From positions 1 to 43,296 of the forward strand of contig JAUCBJ010003271.1 in assembly GCA_032718475.1 (NCBI GenBank): 43,296 nucleotides of DNA. Direction: 5' to 3'. This document shows, piece by piece, positions 13,101 through 25,600 of this stretch; positions within the stretch are counted from its first letter, which is position 1, and each line of letters starts with the position of its first letter. This stretch comes from Nemertoderma westbladi. Taxonomy: Eukaryota > Animalia > Xenacoelomorpha. The translations under genes and the position numbers were made by a program. The notes beneath the pieces were generated by a model. That model saw nothing but the letters and a program-made list of their open reading frames with translations, was not told the DNA's origin and did not search any database.

Positions 13101-16100
13101 AACTGTGAATGGAGTACATACTGTGAATGGAGTACATAACTGTGAATGGAGTACACACTGTGAATGGAGTACAAACTGTTAATGGAGTACATACTGTGAA
13201 TGGAGTACATACTGGGAATGGAATACAAACTGTGAATGGAGTACAAACTGTGAATTGAGTACATACTGTGAATGGAGTACAAACTGTGAATGGAGTACAT
13301 ACTGTGAATGGAGTACATACTGTGAATGGAGTACAAACTGTGAATGGAATACATACTGTGAATGGAATACAAACTGTGAATGGAATACATACTGTGAATG
13401 GAGTACAAACTGTGAATGGAGTACATACTGTGAATGGAGTACATACTGGGAATGGAATACAAACTGTGAATGGAGTACAAACTGTGAATTGAGTACATAC
13501 TGTGAATGGAGTACAAACTGTGAATGGAGTACATACTGTGAATGGAGTACATACTGTGAATGGAGTACATAACTGTGAATGGAGTACATACTGTGAATGG
13601 AGTACAAACTGTTAATGGAGTACAAACTGTGAATGGAGTACATAACTGTGAATGGAGTACATAACTGTGAATGGATTACAAACTGTGAATGGAGTACATA
13701 ACTGTGAATGGAGTACATACTGTGAATGGAGTACAAACTGTTAATGGAGTACATACTGTGAATGGAGTACATACTGTGAATGGAGTACATACTGTGAATG
13801 GAGTACATAACTGTGAATGGAGTACATACTGTGAATGGAGTACAAACTGTTAATGGAGTACAAACTGTGAATGGAGTACATAACTGTGAATGGAGTACAT
13901 AACTGTGAATGGATTACAAACTGTGAATGGAGTACATAACTGTGAATGGAGTACATACTGTGAATGGAGTACAAACTGTTAATGGAGTACATACTGTGAA
14001 TGGAGTACATACTGTGAATGGAGTACAAACTGTGAATGGAGTACATACTGTGAATGGAGTACAAACTGTGAATGGAGTACATACTGTGAATGGAGTACAT
14101 ACTGTGAATGGAGTACATAACTGTGAATGGAGTACATACTGTGAATGGAGTACATACTGTGAATGGAGTACATACTGTGAATGGAGTACATAACTGTGAA
14201 TGGAGTACATACTGTGAATGGAGTACAAACTGTTAATGGAGTACATAAGTGTGAATGGAGTACATACTGTCAATGGAGTACAAACTGTTAATGGAGTACA
14301 TAAGTGTGAATGGAGTACATACTGTGAATGAAGTACAGACTGTGAATGGAGTACAAACTGTGAATGGAGTACAAACTGTGAATTGAGTACATACTGTGAA
14401 TGGAGTACAAACTGTGAATGGAGTACATACTGTGAATGGAGTACATACTGTGAATGGAGTACATACTGTGAATGGAGTACATAACTGTGAATGGAGTACA
14501 TACTGTGAATGGAGTACATACTGTGAATGGAGTACATACTGTGAATGGAGTACATAACTGTGAATGGAGTACATACTGTGAATGGAGTACAAACTGTTAA
14601 TGGAGTACATAAGTGTGAATGGAGTACATACTGTTAATGGAGTACATAAGTGTGAATGGAGTACATACTGTGAATGGAGTACAGACTGTGAATGGAGTAC
14701 AAACTGTGAATGGAGTACAAACTGTGAATGGAGTACATACTGTGAATGGAGTACAAACTGTGAATGGAGTACATACTGTGAATGGAGTACATACTGTGAA
14801 TGGAGTACATACTGTGAATGGAGTACAAACTGTTAATGGAGTACATACTGTGAATGGAGTACATACTGTGAATGGAGTACAAACTGTGAATGGAGTACAT
14901 ACTGTGAATGGAGTACAAACTGTGAATGGAGTACATACTGTGAATGGAGTACATACTGTGAATGGAGTACATAACTGTGAATGGAGTACATACTGTGAAT
15001 GGAGTACATACTGTGAATGGAGTACATACTGTGAATGGAGTACATAACTGTGAATGGAGTACATACTGTGAATGGAGTACAAACTGTTAATGGAGTACAT
15101 AAGTGTGAATGGAGTACATACTGTGAATGGAGTACAAACTGTTAATGGAGTACATAAGTGTGAATGGAGTACATACTGTGAATGAAGTACAGACTGTGAA
15201 TGGAGTACAAACTGTGAATGGAGTACAAACTGTGAATTGAGTACATACTGTGAATGGAGTACATAACTGTGAATGGAGTACATACTGTGAATGGAGTACA
15301 AACTGTTAATGGAGTACATAAGTGTGAATGGAGTACATACTGTGAATGAAGTACAAACTGTTAATGGAGTACATAAGTGTGAATGGAGTACATACTGTGA
15401 ATGGAGTACAAACTGTTAATGGAGTACATAAGTGTGAATGGAGTACATACTGTGAATGAAGTACAGACTGTGAATGGAGTACAAACTGTGAATGGAGTAC
15501 AAACTGTGAATTGAGTACATACTGTGAATGGAGTACATAACTGTGAATGGAGTACATACTGTTAATGGAGTACATAAGTGTGAATGGAGTACATACTGTG
15601 AATGAAGTACAGACTGTGAATGGAGTACAAACTGTGAATGGAGTACAAACTGTGAATTGAGTACATACTGTGAATGGAGTACAAACTGTGAATGGAGTAC
15701 ATACTGTGAATGGAGTACATACTGTGAATGGAGTACATACTGTGAATGGAGTACAAACTGTGAATGGAGTACATACTGTGAATGGAGTACATAACTGTGA
15801 ATGGAGTACATACTGTGAATGGAGTACATACTGTGAATGGAGTACATACTGTGAATGGAGTACAAACTGTGAATGGAGTACATACTGTGAATGGAGTACA
15901 TACTGTGAATGGAGTACATACTGTGAATGGAGTACATACTGTGAATGGAGTACATACTGTGAATGGAGTACAAACTGTGAATGGAGTACAAACTGTGAAT
16001 GGAGTACATACTGTGAATGGAGTACAAACTGTGAATGGAGTACATACTGTGAATGGAGTACATACTGTGAATGGAGTACATACTGTGAATGGAGTACAAA

Positions 16101-18727
16101 CTGTGAATGGAGTACATACTGTGAATGGAGTACATAACTGTGAATGGAGTACATACTGTGAATGGAGTACATACTGTGAATGGAGTACATACTGTGAATG
16201 GAGTACATACTGTGAATGGAGTACATACTGTGAATGGAGTACAAACTGTAATGGATAAATGTGAATGGAGTACATACTGTGAATGGAGTACATACTGTGA
16301 ATGGAGTACATAACGTGTGAATGGAGTACATACTGTGAATGGAGTACAAACTGTTAATGGAGTACATAAGTGTGAATGGAGTACATACTGTGAATGAAGT
16401 ACAGACTGTGAATGGAGTACAAACTGTGAATGGAGTACAAACTGTGAATTGAGTACATACTGTGAATGGAGTACATAACTGTGAATGGAGTACATACTGT
16501 GAATGGAGTACAAACTGTTAATGGAGTACATAAGTGTGAATGGAGTACATACTGTGAATGGAGTACAAACTGTTAATGGAGTACATAACTGTGAATGGAG
16601 TACATACTGTGAATGGAGTACAAACTGTTAATGGAGTACATAAGTGTGAATGGAGTACATACTGTGAATGAAGTACAGACTGTGAATGGAGTACAAACTG
16701 TGAATGGAGTACAAACTGTGAATTGAGTACATACTGTGAATGGAGTACATAACTGTGAATGGAGTACATACTGTGAATGGAGTACATAACTGTGAATGGA
16801 GTACATACTGTGAATGGAGTACAGACTGTGAATGGAGTACAAACTGTGAATGGAGTACAAACTGTGAATGGAGTACATACTGTGAATGGAGTACAAACTG
16901 TGAATGGAGTACATACTGTGAATGGAGTACATACTGTGAATGGAGTACATACTGTGAATGGAGTACAAACTGTGAATGGAGTACATACTGTGAATGGAGT
17001 ACATAACTGTGAATGGAGTACATACTGTGAATGGAGTACATACTGTGAATGGAGTACATACTGTGAATGGAGTACAAACTGTGAATGGAGTACATACTGT
17101 GAATGGAGTACATACTGTGAATGGAGTACATACTGTGAATGGAGTACATACTGTGAATGGAGTACAAACTGTGAATGGAGTACATACTGTGAATGGAGTA
17201 CATACTGTGAATGGAGTACATACTGTGAATGGAGTACATACTGTGAATGGAGTACATACTGTGAATGGAGTACATAACTGTGAATGGAGTACATACTGTG
17301 AATGGAGTACAAACTGTTAATGGAGTACATAAGTGTGAATGGAGTACATACTGTGAATGGAGTACATACTGTGAATGGAGTACAAACTGTTAATGGAGTA
17401 CATAAGTGTGAATGGAGTACATACTGTGAATGAAGTACAGACTGTGAATGGAGTACAAACTGTGAATGGAGTACAAACTGTGAATTGAGTACATACTGTG
17501 AATGGAGTACATAACTGTGAATGGAGTACATACTGTTAATGGAGTACATAAGTGTGAATGGAGTACATACTGTGAATGAAGTACAGACTGTGAATGGAGT
17601 ACAAACTGTGAATGGAGTACAAACTGTGAATTGAGTACATACTGTGAATGGAGTACAAACTGTGAATGGAGTACATACTGTGAATGGAGTACATACTGTG
17701 AATGGAGTACATAACTGTGAATGGAGTACATACTGTGAATGGAGTACATACTGTTAATGGAGTACATAAGTGTGAATGGAGTACATACTGTGAATGGAGT
17801 ACATACTGTGAATGGAGTACATACTGTGAATGGAGTACATACTGTGAATGGAGTACATACTGTTAATGGAGTACATAAGTGTGAATGGAGTACATACTGT
17901 GAATGAAGTACAGACTGTGAATGGAGTACAAACTGTGAATGGAGTACAAACTGTGAATTGAGTACATACTGTGAATGGAGTACATACTGTGAATGGAGTA
18001 CATACTGTGAATGGAGTACATACTGTGAATGGAGTACATACTGTGAATGGAGTACATACTGTGAATGGAGTACAAACTGTGAATGGAGTACATAAGTGTG
18101 AATGGAGTACATACTGTGAATGGAGTACATACTGTGAATGGAGTACATACTGTGAATGGAGTACAAACTGTGAATGGAGTACAAACTGTGAATGGAGTAC
18201 ATACTGTGAATGGAGTACATAACTGTGAATGGAGTACATACTGTTAATGGAGTACATAAGTGTGAATGGAGTACATACTGTGAATGAAGTACAGACTGTG
18301 AATGGAGTACAAACTGTGAATGGAGTACAAACTGTGAATTGAGTACATACTGTGAATGGAGTACAAACTGTGAATGGAGTACATACTGTGAATGGAGTAC
18401 ATACTGTGAATGGAGTACATACTGTGAATGGAGTACATACTGTGAATGGAGTACAAACTGTTAATGGAGTACATAAGTGTGAATGGAGTACATACTGTGA
18501 ATGAAGTACAGACTGTGAATGGAGTACAAACTGTGAATGGAGTACAAACTGTGAATTGAGTACATACTGTGAATGGAGTACATAACTGTGAATGGAGTAC
18601 ATACTGTTAATGGAGTACATAAGTGTGAATGGAGTACATACTGTGAATGAAGTACAGACTGTGAATGGAGTACAAACTGTGAATGGAGTACAAACTGTGA
18701 ATTGAGTACATACTGTGAATGGAGTAC

Positions 18728-19236
18728 TACTACTAGGATCGGCATGCTGCATTGCAGCTGCATTTTAAGAATGCTGTCCCCGGTCAGGTCAGGTATTCTA
18801 GGTCATTGATCAAGAAAACTTGCCACCTCCATGCAGCATAAAGGAGGTGCCACCTGTAGCTGCATAGACCCTCTTACTAGGGCAAATCTGGTCCTGTAAC
18901 TAGGACCCCCTTCGTTCTGGGATAAGGACGCCCTTGGTCCTGGATTAAGGACCCATATACTTGGCTGCAGGGGTATATGGCCTGACCAGGCAGATGGTGA
19001 TCTACCAATGGCTGGTTAGGAGTAGAGTGTTCTCATGTCCACTCCGAGGGCACTTCACTGCGACCTGCACCTGGCAGCAAGGGTACAGGGCATGACCCAG
19101 CAGATGAGCTGCAACAGCCAATGGTGGGTCATGTACGCCAGAGTAGATATGGGTGATGGGCCTCATATCTGACTCCATTGCGACACCCACCCTGTGGAAT
19201 GGCAAACCAGGGTGTGGTATTTGCCCCGAGAGCTGA
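18728..19236 (-). mobile_element. ~510-bp non-coding retroposed element (SINE-like / non-autonomous RTE derivative) with (TAG)n tail and 13-bp TSD
   Basis: Non-satellite, GC-richer insert. The minus strand ends ...TGCAGCATGCCGATCCTAGTAGTAGTA. It is flanked by GTGAATGGAGTAC on both sides, and the paralogous empty site at ~17630-17770 has one copy. The 3' end resembles the RTE fragment at 2310-2376. Confidence 0.8.
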
Positions 19237-22224
19237 GTGAATGGAGTACAAACTGTGAATGGAGTACATACTGTGAATGGAGTACATACTGTGAATGGAG
19301 TACATAACTGTGAATGGAGTACATACTGTGAATGGAGTACATACTGTTAATGGAGTACATAAGTGTGAATGGAGTACATACTGTGAATGGAGTACATACT
19401 GTGAATGGAGTACATAACTGTGAATGGAGTACATACTGTGAATGGAGTACATACTGTTAATGGAGTACATAAGTGTGAATGGAGTACATACTGTGAATGA
19501 AGTACAGACTGTGAATGGAGTACAAACTGTGAATGGAGTACAAACTGTGAATTGAGTACATACTGTGAATGGAGTACATAACTGTGAATGGAGTACATAC
19601 TGTGAATGGAGTACAAACTGTGAATGGAGTACATAACTGTGAATGGAGTACATACTGTGAATGGAGTACATAACTGTGAATGGAGTACATACTGTGAATG
19701 GAGTACAGACTGTGAATGGAGTACAAACTGTGAATGGAGTACATACTGTGAATGGAGTACATACTGTGAATGGAGTACAAACTGTGAATGGAGTACAGAC
19801 TGTGAATGGAGTACAAACTGTGAATGGAGTACATACTGTGAATGAAGTACAGACTGTGAATGGAGTACAAACTGTGAATGGAGTACATACTGTGAATGGA
19901 GTACATACTGTGAATGGAGTACATAACTGTGAATGGAGTACATACTGTGAATGGAGTACAAACTGTTAATGGAGTACATAAGTGTGAATGGAGTACATAC
20001 TGTGAATGGAGTACAAACTGTTAATGGAGTACATAAGTGTGAATGGAGTACATACTGTGAATGAAGTACAGACTGTGAATGGAGTACAAACTGTGAATGG
20101 AGTACAAACTGTGAATTGAGTACATACTGTGAATGGAGTACATAACTGTGAATGGAGTACATACTGTTAATGGAGTACATAAGTGTGAATGGAGTACATA
20201 CTGTGAATGAAGTACAGACTGTGAATGGAGTACAAACTGTGAATGGAGTACAAACTGTGAATGGAGTACATACTGTGAATGGAGTACAAACTGTGAATGG
20301 AGTACATACTGTGAATGGAGTACATAACTGTGAATGGAGTACATACTGTGAATGGAGTACATACTGTTAATGGAGTACATAAGTGTGAATGGAGTACATA
20401 CTGTGAATGGAGTACATACTGTGAATGGAGTACATAACTGTGAATGGAGTACATACTGTGAATGGAGTACATACTGTTAATGGAGTACATAAGTGTGAAT
20501 GGAGTACATACTGTGAATGTAGTACATAACTGTGAATGGAGTACATATTGTGAATGGAGTACAAACTGTTAATGGAGTACATAAGTGTGAATGGAGTACA
20601 TACTGTGAATGGAGTACAAACTGTTAATGGAGTACATAAGTGTGAATGGAGTACATACTGTGAATGAAGTACAGACTGTGAATGGAGTACAAACTGTGAA
20701 TGGAGTACAAACTGTGAATTGAGTACATACTGTGAATGGAGTACATAACTGTGAATGGAGTACATTCTGTTAATGGAGTACATAAGTGTGAATGGAGTAC
20801 ATACTGTGAATGAAGTACAGACTGTGAATGGAGTACAAACTGTGAATGGAGTACAAACTGTGAATTGAGTACATACTGTGAATGGAGTACAAACTGTGAA
20901 TGGAGTACATACTGTGAATGGAGTACATACTGTGAATGGAGTACATAACTGTGAATGGAGTACATACTGTGAATGGAGTACATACTGTTAATGGAGTACA
21001 TAAGTGTGAATGGAGTACATACTGTGAATGAAGTACAGACTGTGAATGGAGTACAAACTGTGAATGGAGTACAAACTGTGAATTGAGTACATACTGTGAA
21101 TGGAGTACATAACTGTGAATGGAGTACATACTGTGAATGGAGTACAAACTGTGAATGGAGTACATAACTGTGAATGGAGTACATACTGTGAATGGAGTAC
21201 AAACTGTGAATGGAGTACATACTGTGAATGGAGTACATACTGTGAATGGAGTACAAACTGTGAATGGAGTACATACTGTGAATGCAGTACAAACTGTGAA
21301 TGGAGTACATACTGTGAATGGAGTACATACTGTGAATGGAGTACATAACTGTGAATGGAGTACATACTGTGAATGGAGTACAAACTGTGAATGGAGTACA
21401 TACTGTGAATGGAGTACAAACTGTGAATGGAGTACATACTGTGAATGGAGTACATACTGTGAATGGAGTACATAACTGTGAATGGAGTACATACTGTGAA
21501 TGGAGTACAAACTGTTAATGGAGTACATAAGTGTGAATGGAGTACATACTGTGAATGAAGTACAGACTGTGAATGGAGTACAAACTGTGAATGGAGTACA
21601 AACTGTGAATTGAGTACATACTGTGAATGGAGTACATAACTGTGAATGGAGTACATACTGTGAATGGAGTACAAACTGTTAATGGAGTACATAAGTGTGA
21701 ATGGAGTACATACTGTGAATGAAGTACAGACTGTGAATGGAGTACAAACTGTGAATGGAGTACAAACTGTGAATTGAGTACATACTGTGAATGGAGTACA
21801 TAACTGTGAATGGAGTACATACTGTGAATGGAGTACAAACTGTTAATGGAGTACATAAGTGTGAATGGAGTACATACTGTGAATGAAGTACAGACTGTGA
21901 ATGGAGTACAAACTGTGAATGGAGTACAAACTGTGAATTGAGTACACACTGTGAATGGAGTACATACTGTGAATGGAGTACATAACTGTGAATGGAGTAC
22001 ATACTGTGAATGGAGTACATACTGTGAATGGAGTACATAACTGTGAATGGAGTACATACTGTGAATGGAGTACAAACTGTTAATGGAGTACATAAGTGTG
22101 AATGGAGTACATACTGTGAATGAAGTACAGACTGTGAATGGAGAACAAACTGTGAATGGAGTACAAACTGTGAATTGAGTACACACTGTGAATGGAGTAC
22201 ATACTGTGAATGGAGTACATACTG

Positions 22225-22466
22225 CGCCAGACGGGTATAAAATAAAACAGACAAATCAACTAAGTCAATGCTCCAAACTCTGATCTTTGTCTCAAAATCC
22301 AAATACGAAAATAATATAACAAGAACAACACAAAGGTACAGTAGAAACCGGAACCAATACAGTAGTAGGTACTGGTACTAGTACAGTACCGGTACAATAC
22401 AACATAACCAATACAGTAGTAGGTACTGGTACTAGTACAGTACCGGTACAATACAACATAGTGGCG
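22225..22466 (-). repeat. 3' LTR (242 bp)
   Basis: Identical to the 5' LTR. The 54-bp unit repeats at 22352-22405 and 22406-22459. Confidence 0.95.
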
Positions 22467-22559
22467 CAACTTTTGTTCATCTTGCAAAAAAAAACAAAAG
22501 ACCACATTTCAAATTTTTAAGAAAATAAAATACACATTGCAATTTGTACTTTCGAATTT

Positions 22560-22594
<35 letters not shown>

Positions 22595-22684
22595 TTGAAC
22601 AAAGTCTCTATTAGTCCGGTTATATGCATGTGTCTATGAGTTTCCAATTAGACGAAGAGTTATGGAAGACATTGTAGAGTTCAG

Positions 22685-25600
22685 TCAGAGCTCTCCATCA
22701 AGTGGATAATTGGGATCGTATCGAATCAGAGAACCATGACGTTTTGGTGGTTTATGAGCACGCTTTGATCGACGAATACCGTCATCATTATTAAAAGCAA
22801 CGTCATCCAGTAAATTCTCAGGAGCAATCTGACAATCCTTCAATAAATCTTCAGGCGGTGGTGCAAACTGACGGTCACCTTTAATCTTAAAATCACCTTC
22901 ACTTTCGCTGGAACTATCACCTACGTCATGCTCACCAAACCATTTAGCGTTCACGGGTTGAGTAGGTGTAGGGGTACAAAGCATGAGCTTTTCAAATGGA
23001 ACTGAATAATGTTTACGTCCAAATATGTTATTGTTGAACTTCTGTATAATAGCCATTGAATCATGAAGCTTGATGACAATGTATCTGTCACGAGGATGAT
23101 GTTTGCTTAGCTCGTCCTTAATGAATACGAGAGAACCAACATGCAGCTCTGGAATTGAACAGTGAGACGAACCACGTGATTTGCTTTTAGCGCTGACATC
23201 ATGATTACTTTCACGACGAAGTTCCTGTTGTTTAGACAACGTTTGATCAGAAAAATTTAGCCTCTCTCCGGTAAGTTGATCACGTCCAAATAGTATTTCT
23301 TTGGCAGATAAATTCGATGATCTGATTCTAGAGTTTAGCATATCGACAGCAGAAATGATTTCCTGTTGAGTTAAAGCTTGAGAATCAGGATAGCATTTGA
23401 GAAGTTCAACCTCCAATTCCTGAATAGCACGATCAGCGACTGGATTCTTGTTACAGTTTTTCTCAGATCCAAAATCAAGCACAATACCATTGCGTAACAA
23501 TATTGAATCATTATGGAGTGCTTGTAAACCAGGCGCACAATCAACCCGAATTTTAGACATGTTACTACGTAGTGGTAGGATACAATTGAGAATACCCTTT
23601 CTAAGTGAATCAGATTGTTCATCATCAACCAAAACTGCCCAGGTGTAAGAAGAGAAAACATCACGTACCACAAAAATTTTCTGTTTAAATCTATGTAAGA
23701 GATCAGCTGCCATTTGTAGTCCAGGAGACTCAGGAGATTTAGAGCTGGATTGGGGAATTAATTCGGAACTGAGCTTTTTGAGAGCTTTACATTCAGTGCA
23801 ATTATCATTGCTGACTCTGTCGATAATATCATCTGCATTAATTGCAAAGAAGTATCGATGAAATAACTTAGACAACTGTAGCTTAGAAGGATGTTTAAAC
23901 GAAAGATGAATCGCAGTAAGCAACCCTTCTAGAATTTCAACTGGAACAACAATTAACTCACGGTTGTGGATGTATGGATCTTCCTTATTAACAACTAGAA
24001 TGCCCTGCTTATTGATAGTGGCAGATCTTAAATAGACCTTGAGATCACGACAGCCCTTAGCATTCTTAACAGGTCTTGTACCATTAGTAAGGTGAGCAAA
24101 CACCTTACGCAGCGTTGGACAAGCATTCTGTGCACTTTTCCATGATGCTGAGCACAGAAACGGCATTCTCGAGGTTCCATTCAAAACATCTTCAACTGTA
24201 ACAGCAAGGCATGTTGAAACAGCAGTTTCTTCAACAAATTTACAAATCTGACAAGATTTTTCTTCACAAACGATAGGGTGTCGGGAATTGTAATCAGAGA
24301 GGACATTATCATCACCTTTGATATGGTGTAAGCTAACATTAAGTCCTGATAATGCAGACAAAAAGGTGGATAGTCGTGCAGTAGCAGAAAATTCGCCTTG
24401 ACAAAGCTTACGATAAGCTTGCACACAGGGCTTACTATCAGTAAGCAGTTGAGTTTGATGGATAGACTCACGAATATACGGCGCGAAATGAGAAACACAA
24501 ACTGCAATAGCAAGTCCTTCTCTTTCACAAGGAAACCAACGAGTTTGATGATCCTTCATTTTATAACTAAAATGACCAGCAAGCTTCTTGTGGCCATCTC
24601 TCAAAACATATAACGTTCCACCAATACCATTGTTGAGAGGTGATGCATCTGTAGTTAAGATAAGCTTATCATTACGTTTGGGGATAGTGAGAACAGAAGG
24701 AGAACGTAAAGTGTCTTTAACTTTCTCGAAATCTTTGGTTAACTCGGGAGACCAGTTAATTCGATCAGCACCCTTTAATCCCTTAATTGCCGACTCTAAT
24801 GGTGCTAAGAACGATGAACAACGAGGAAAGCAACGAGCAATGTCCTTAACAGAACCTAGAAATGAACGCATAGCAGAACATGTCACTGGAGGAATTGCAA
24901 CAACAAGTGGACTTATCTTATGAGCGGAAACAGAGAGCGTTCCACAATTCCAAATCCATCCCAAAATAGTAGTTTTCAGTGGTGCAATGACAGTCTTAGA
25001 AGCAGACAGCTTAAGATTATTTTTACATAAACACTGTAATACCTGAACCCAGCGGCTATGGAGCTCTTCAATGGTGTCAGCACCAATATAAAAATCATCT
25101 GCAATTTTAACCAGCCAACCTAGTTGAAGAAAAACACCAAGAACCCGAAAGATCAATTCATCTTCCCACTCAGAACTACCAGGCATACCCATGGCAGCAC
25201 GGAGATATACACGAACACCTTTAAATGGTGTCATAGTTCCAAGATATGGAATAGATGATTTGGCAACTGGAATTTGGTAAAAACACTTACTGAAATCGCT
25301 TTTGGCGATAAATTTGAAGTTGGCAAGAGTTTGCAAAACTTCCTCAGGCTTGGTTGGTTTAGAAGGAATTAGTCGAGTAAAATGGCCAAGTTCATTGAAG
25401 GACGTGACAAGTCTAAAACTACCATTAGGTTTCTTAACCAGAAAACTTGGACTCACGTGTTGTACCACAACACCAACATCTTCTGGCTTAGCCAACACAC
25501 CAAGTTTTTCGAGTGAATCAAACTCGTCCTGAAGCACTGACAAATTCGAATGGGTATAAAACGGAACACGACCCTTTCTTGGGGGAGGCTTAACAGGACC

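Noticed and set aside
19014-19020. GGTTAGG as a telomerase RNA template in the structured insert
   Set aside because: Only a 7-nt match. No recognisable H/ACA end, and the element ends in an RTE-type tail.
19091-19133. Hammerhead ribozyme (CAGATGA-stem-CAAT within a 9-bp stem)
   Set aside because: The core deviates from CUGAUGA and GAAA at essential positions and no third helix or cleavage triplet is evident.
22223-22468. Canonical TG...CA LTR termini (TGCGCCA...TGGCGCA)
   Set aside because: True only for the left copy. The right LTR is flanked by CA and CT, so those bases are not part of the repeat.
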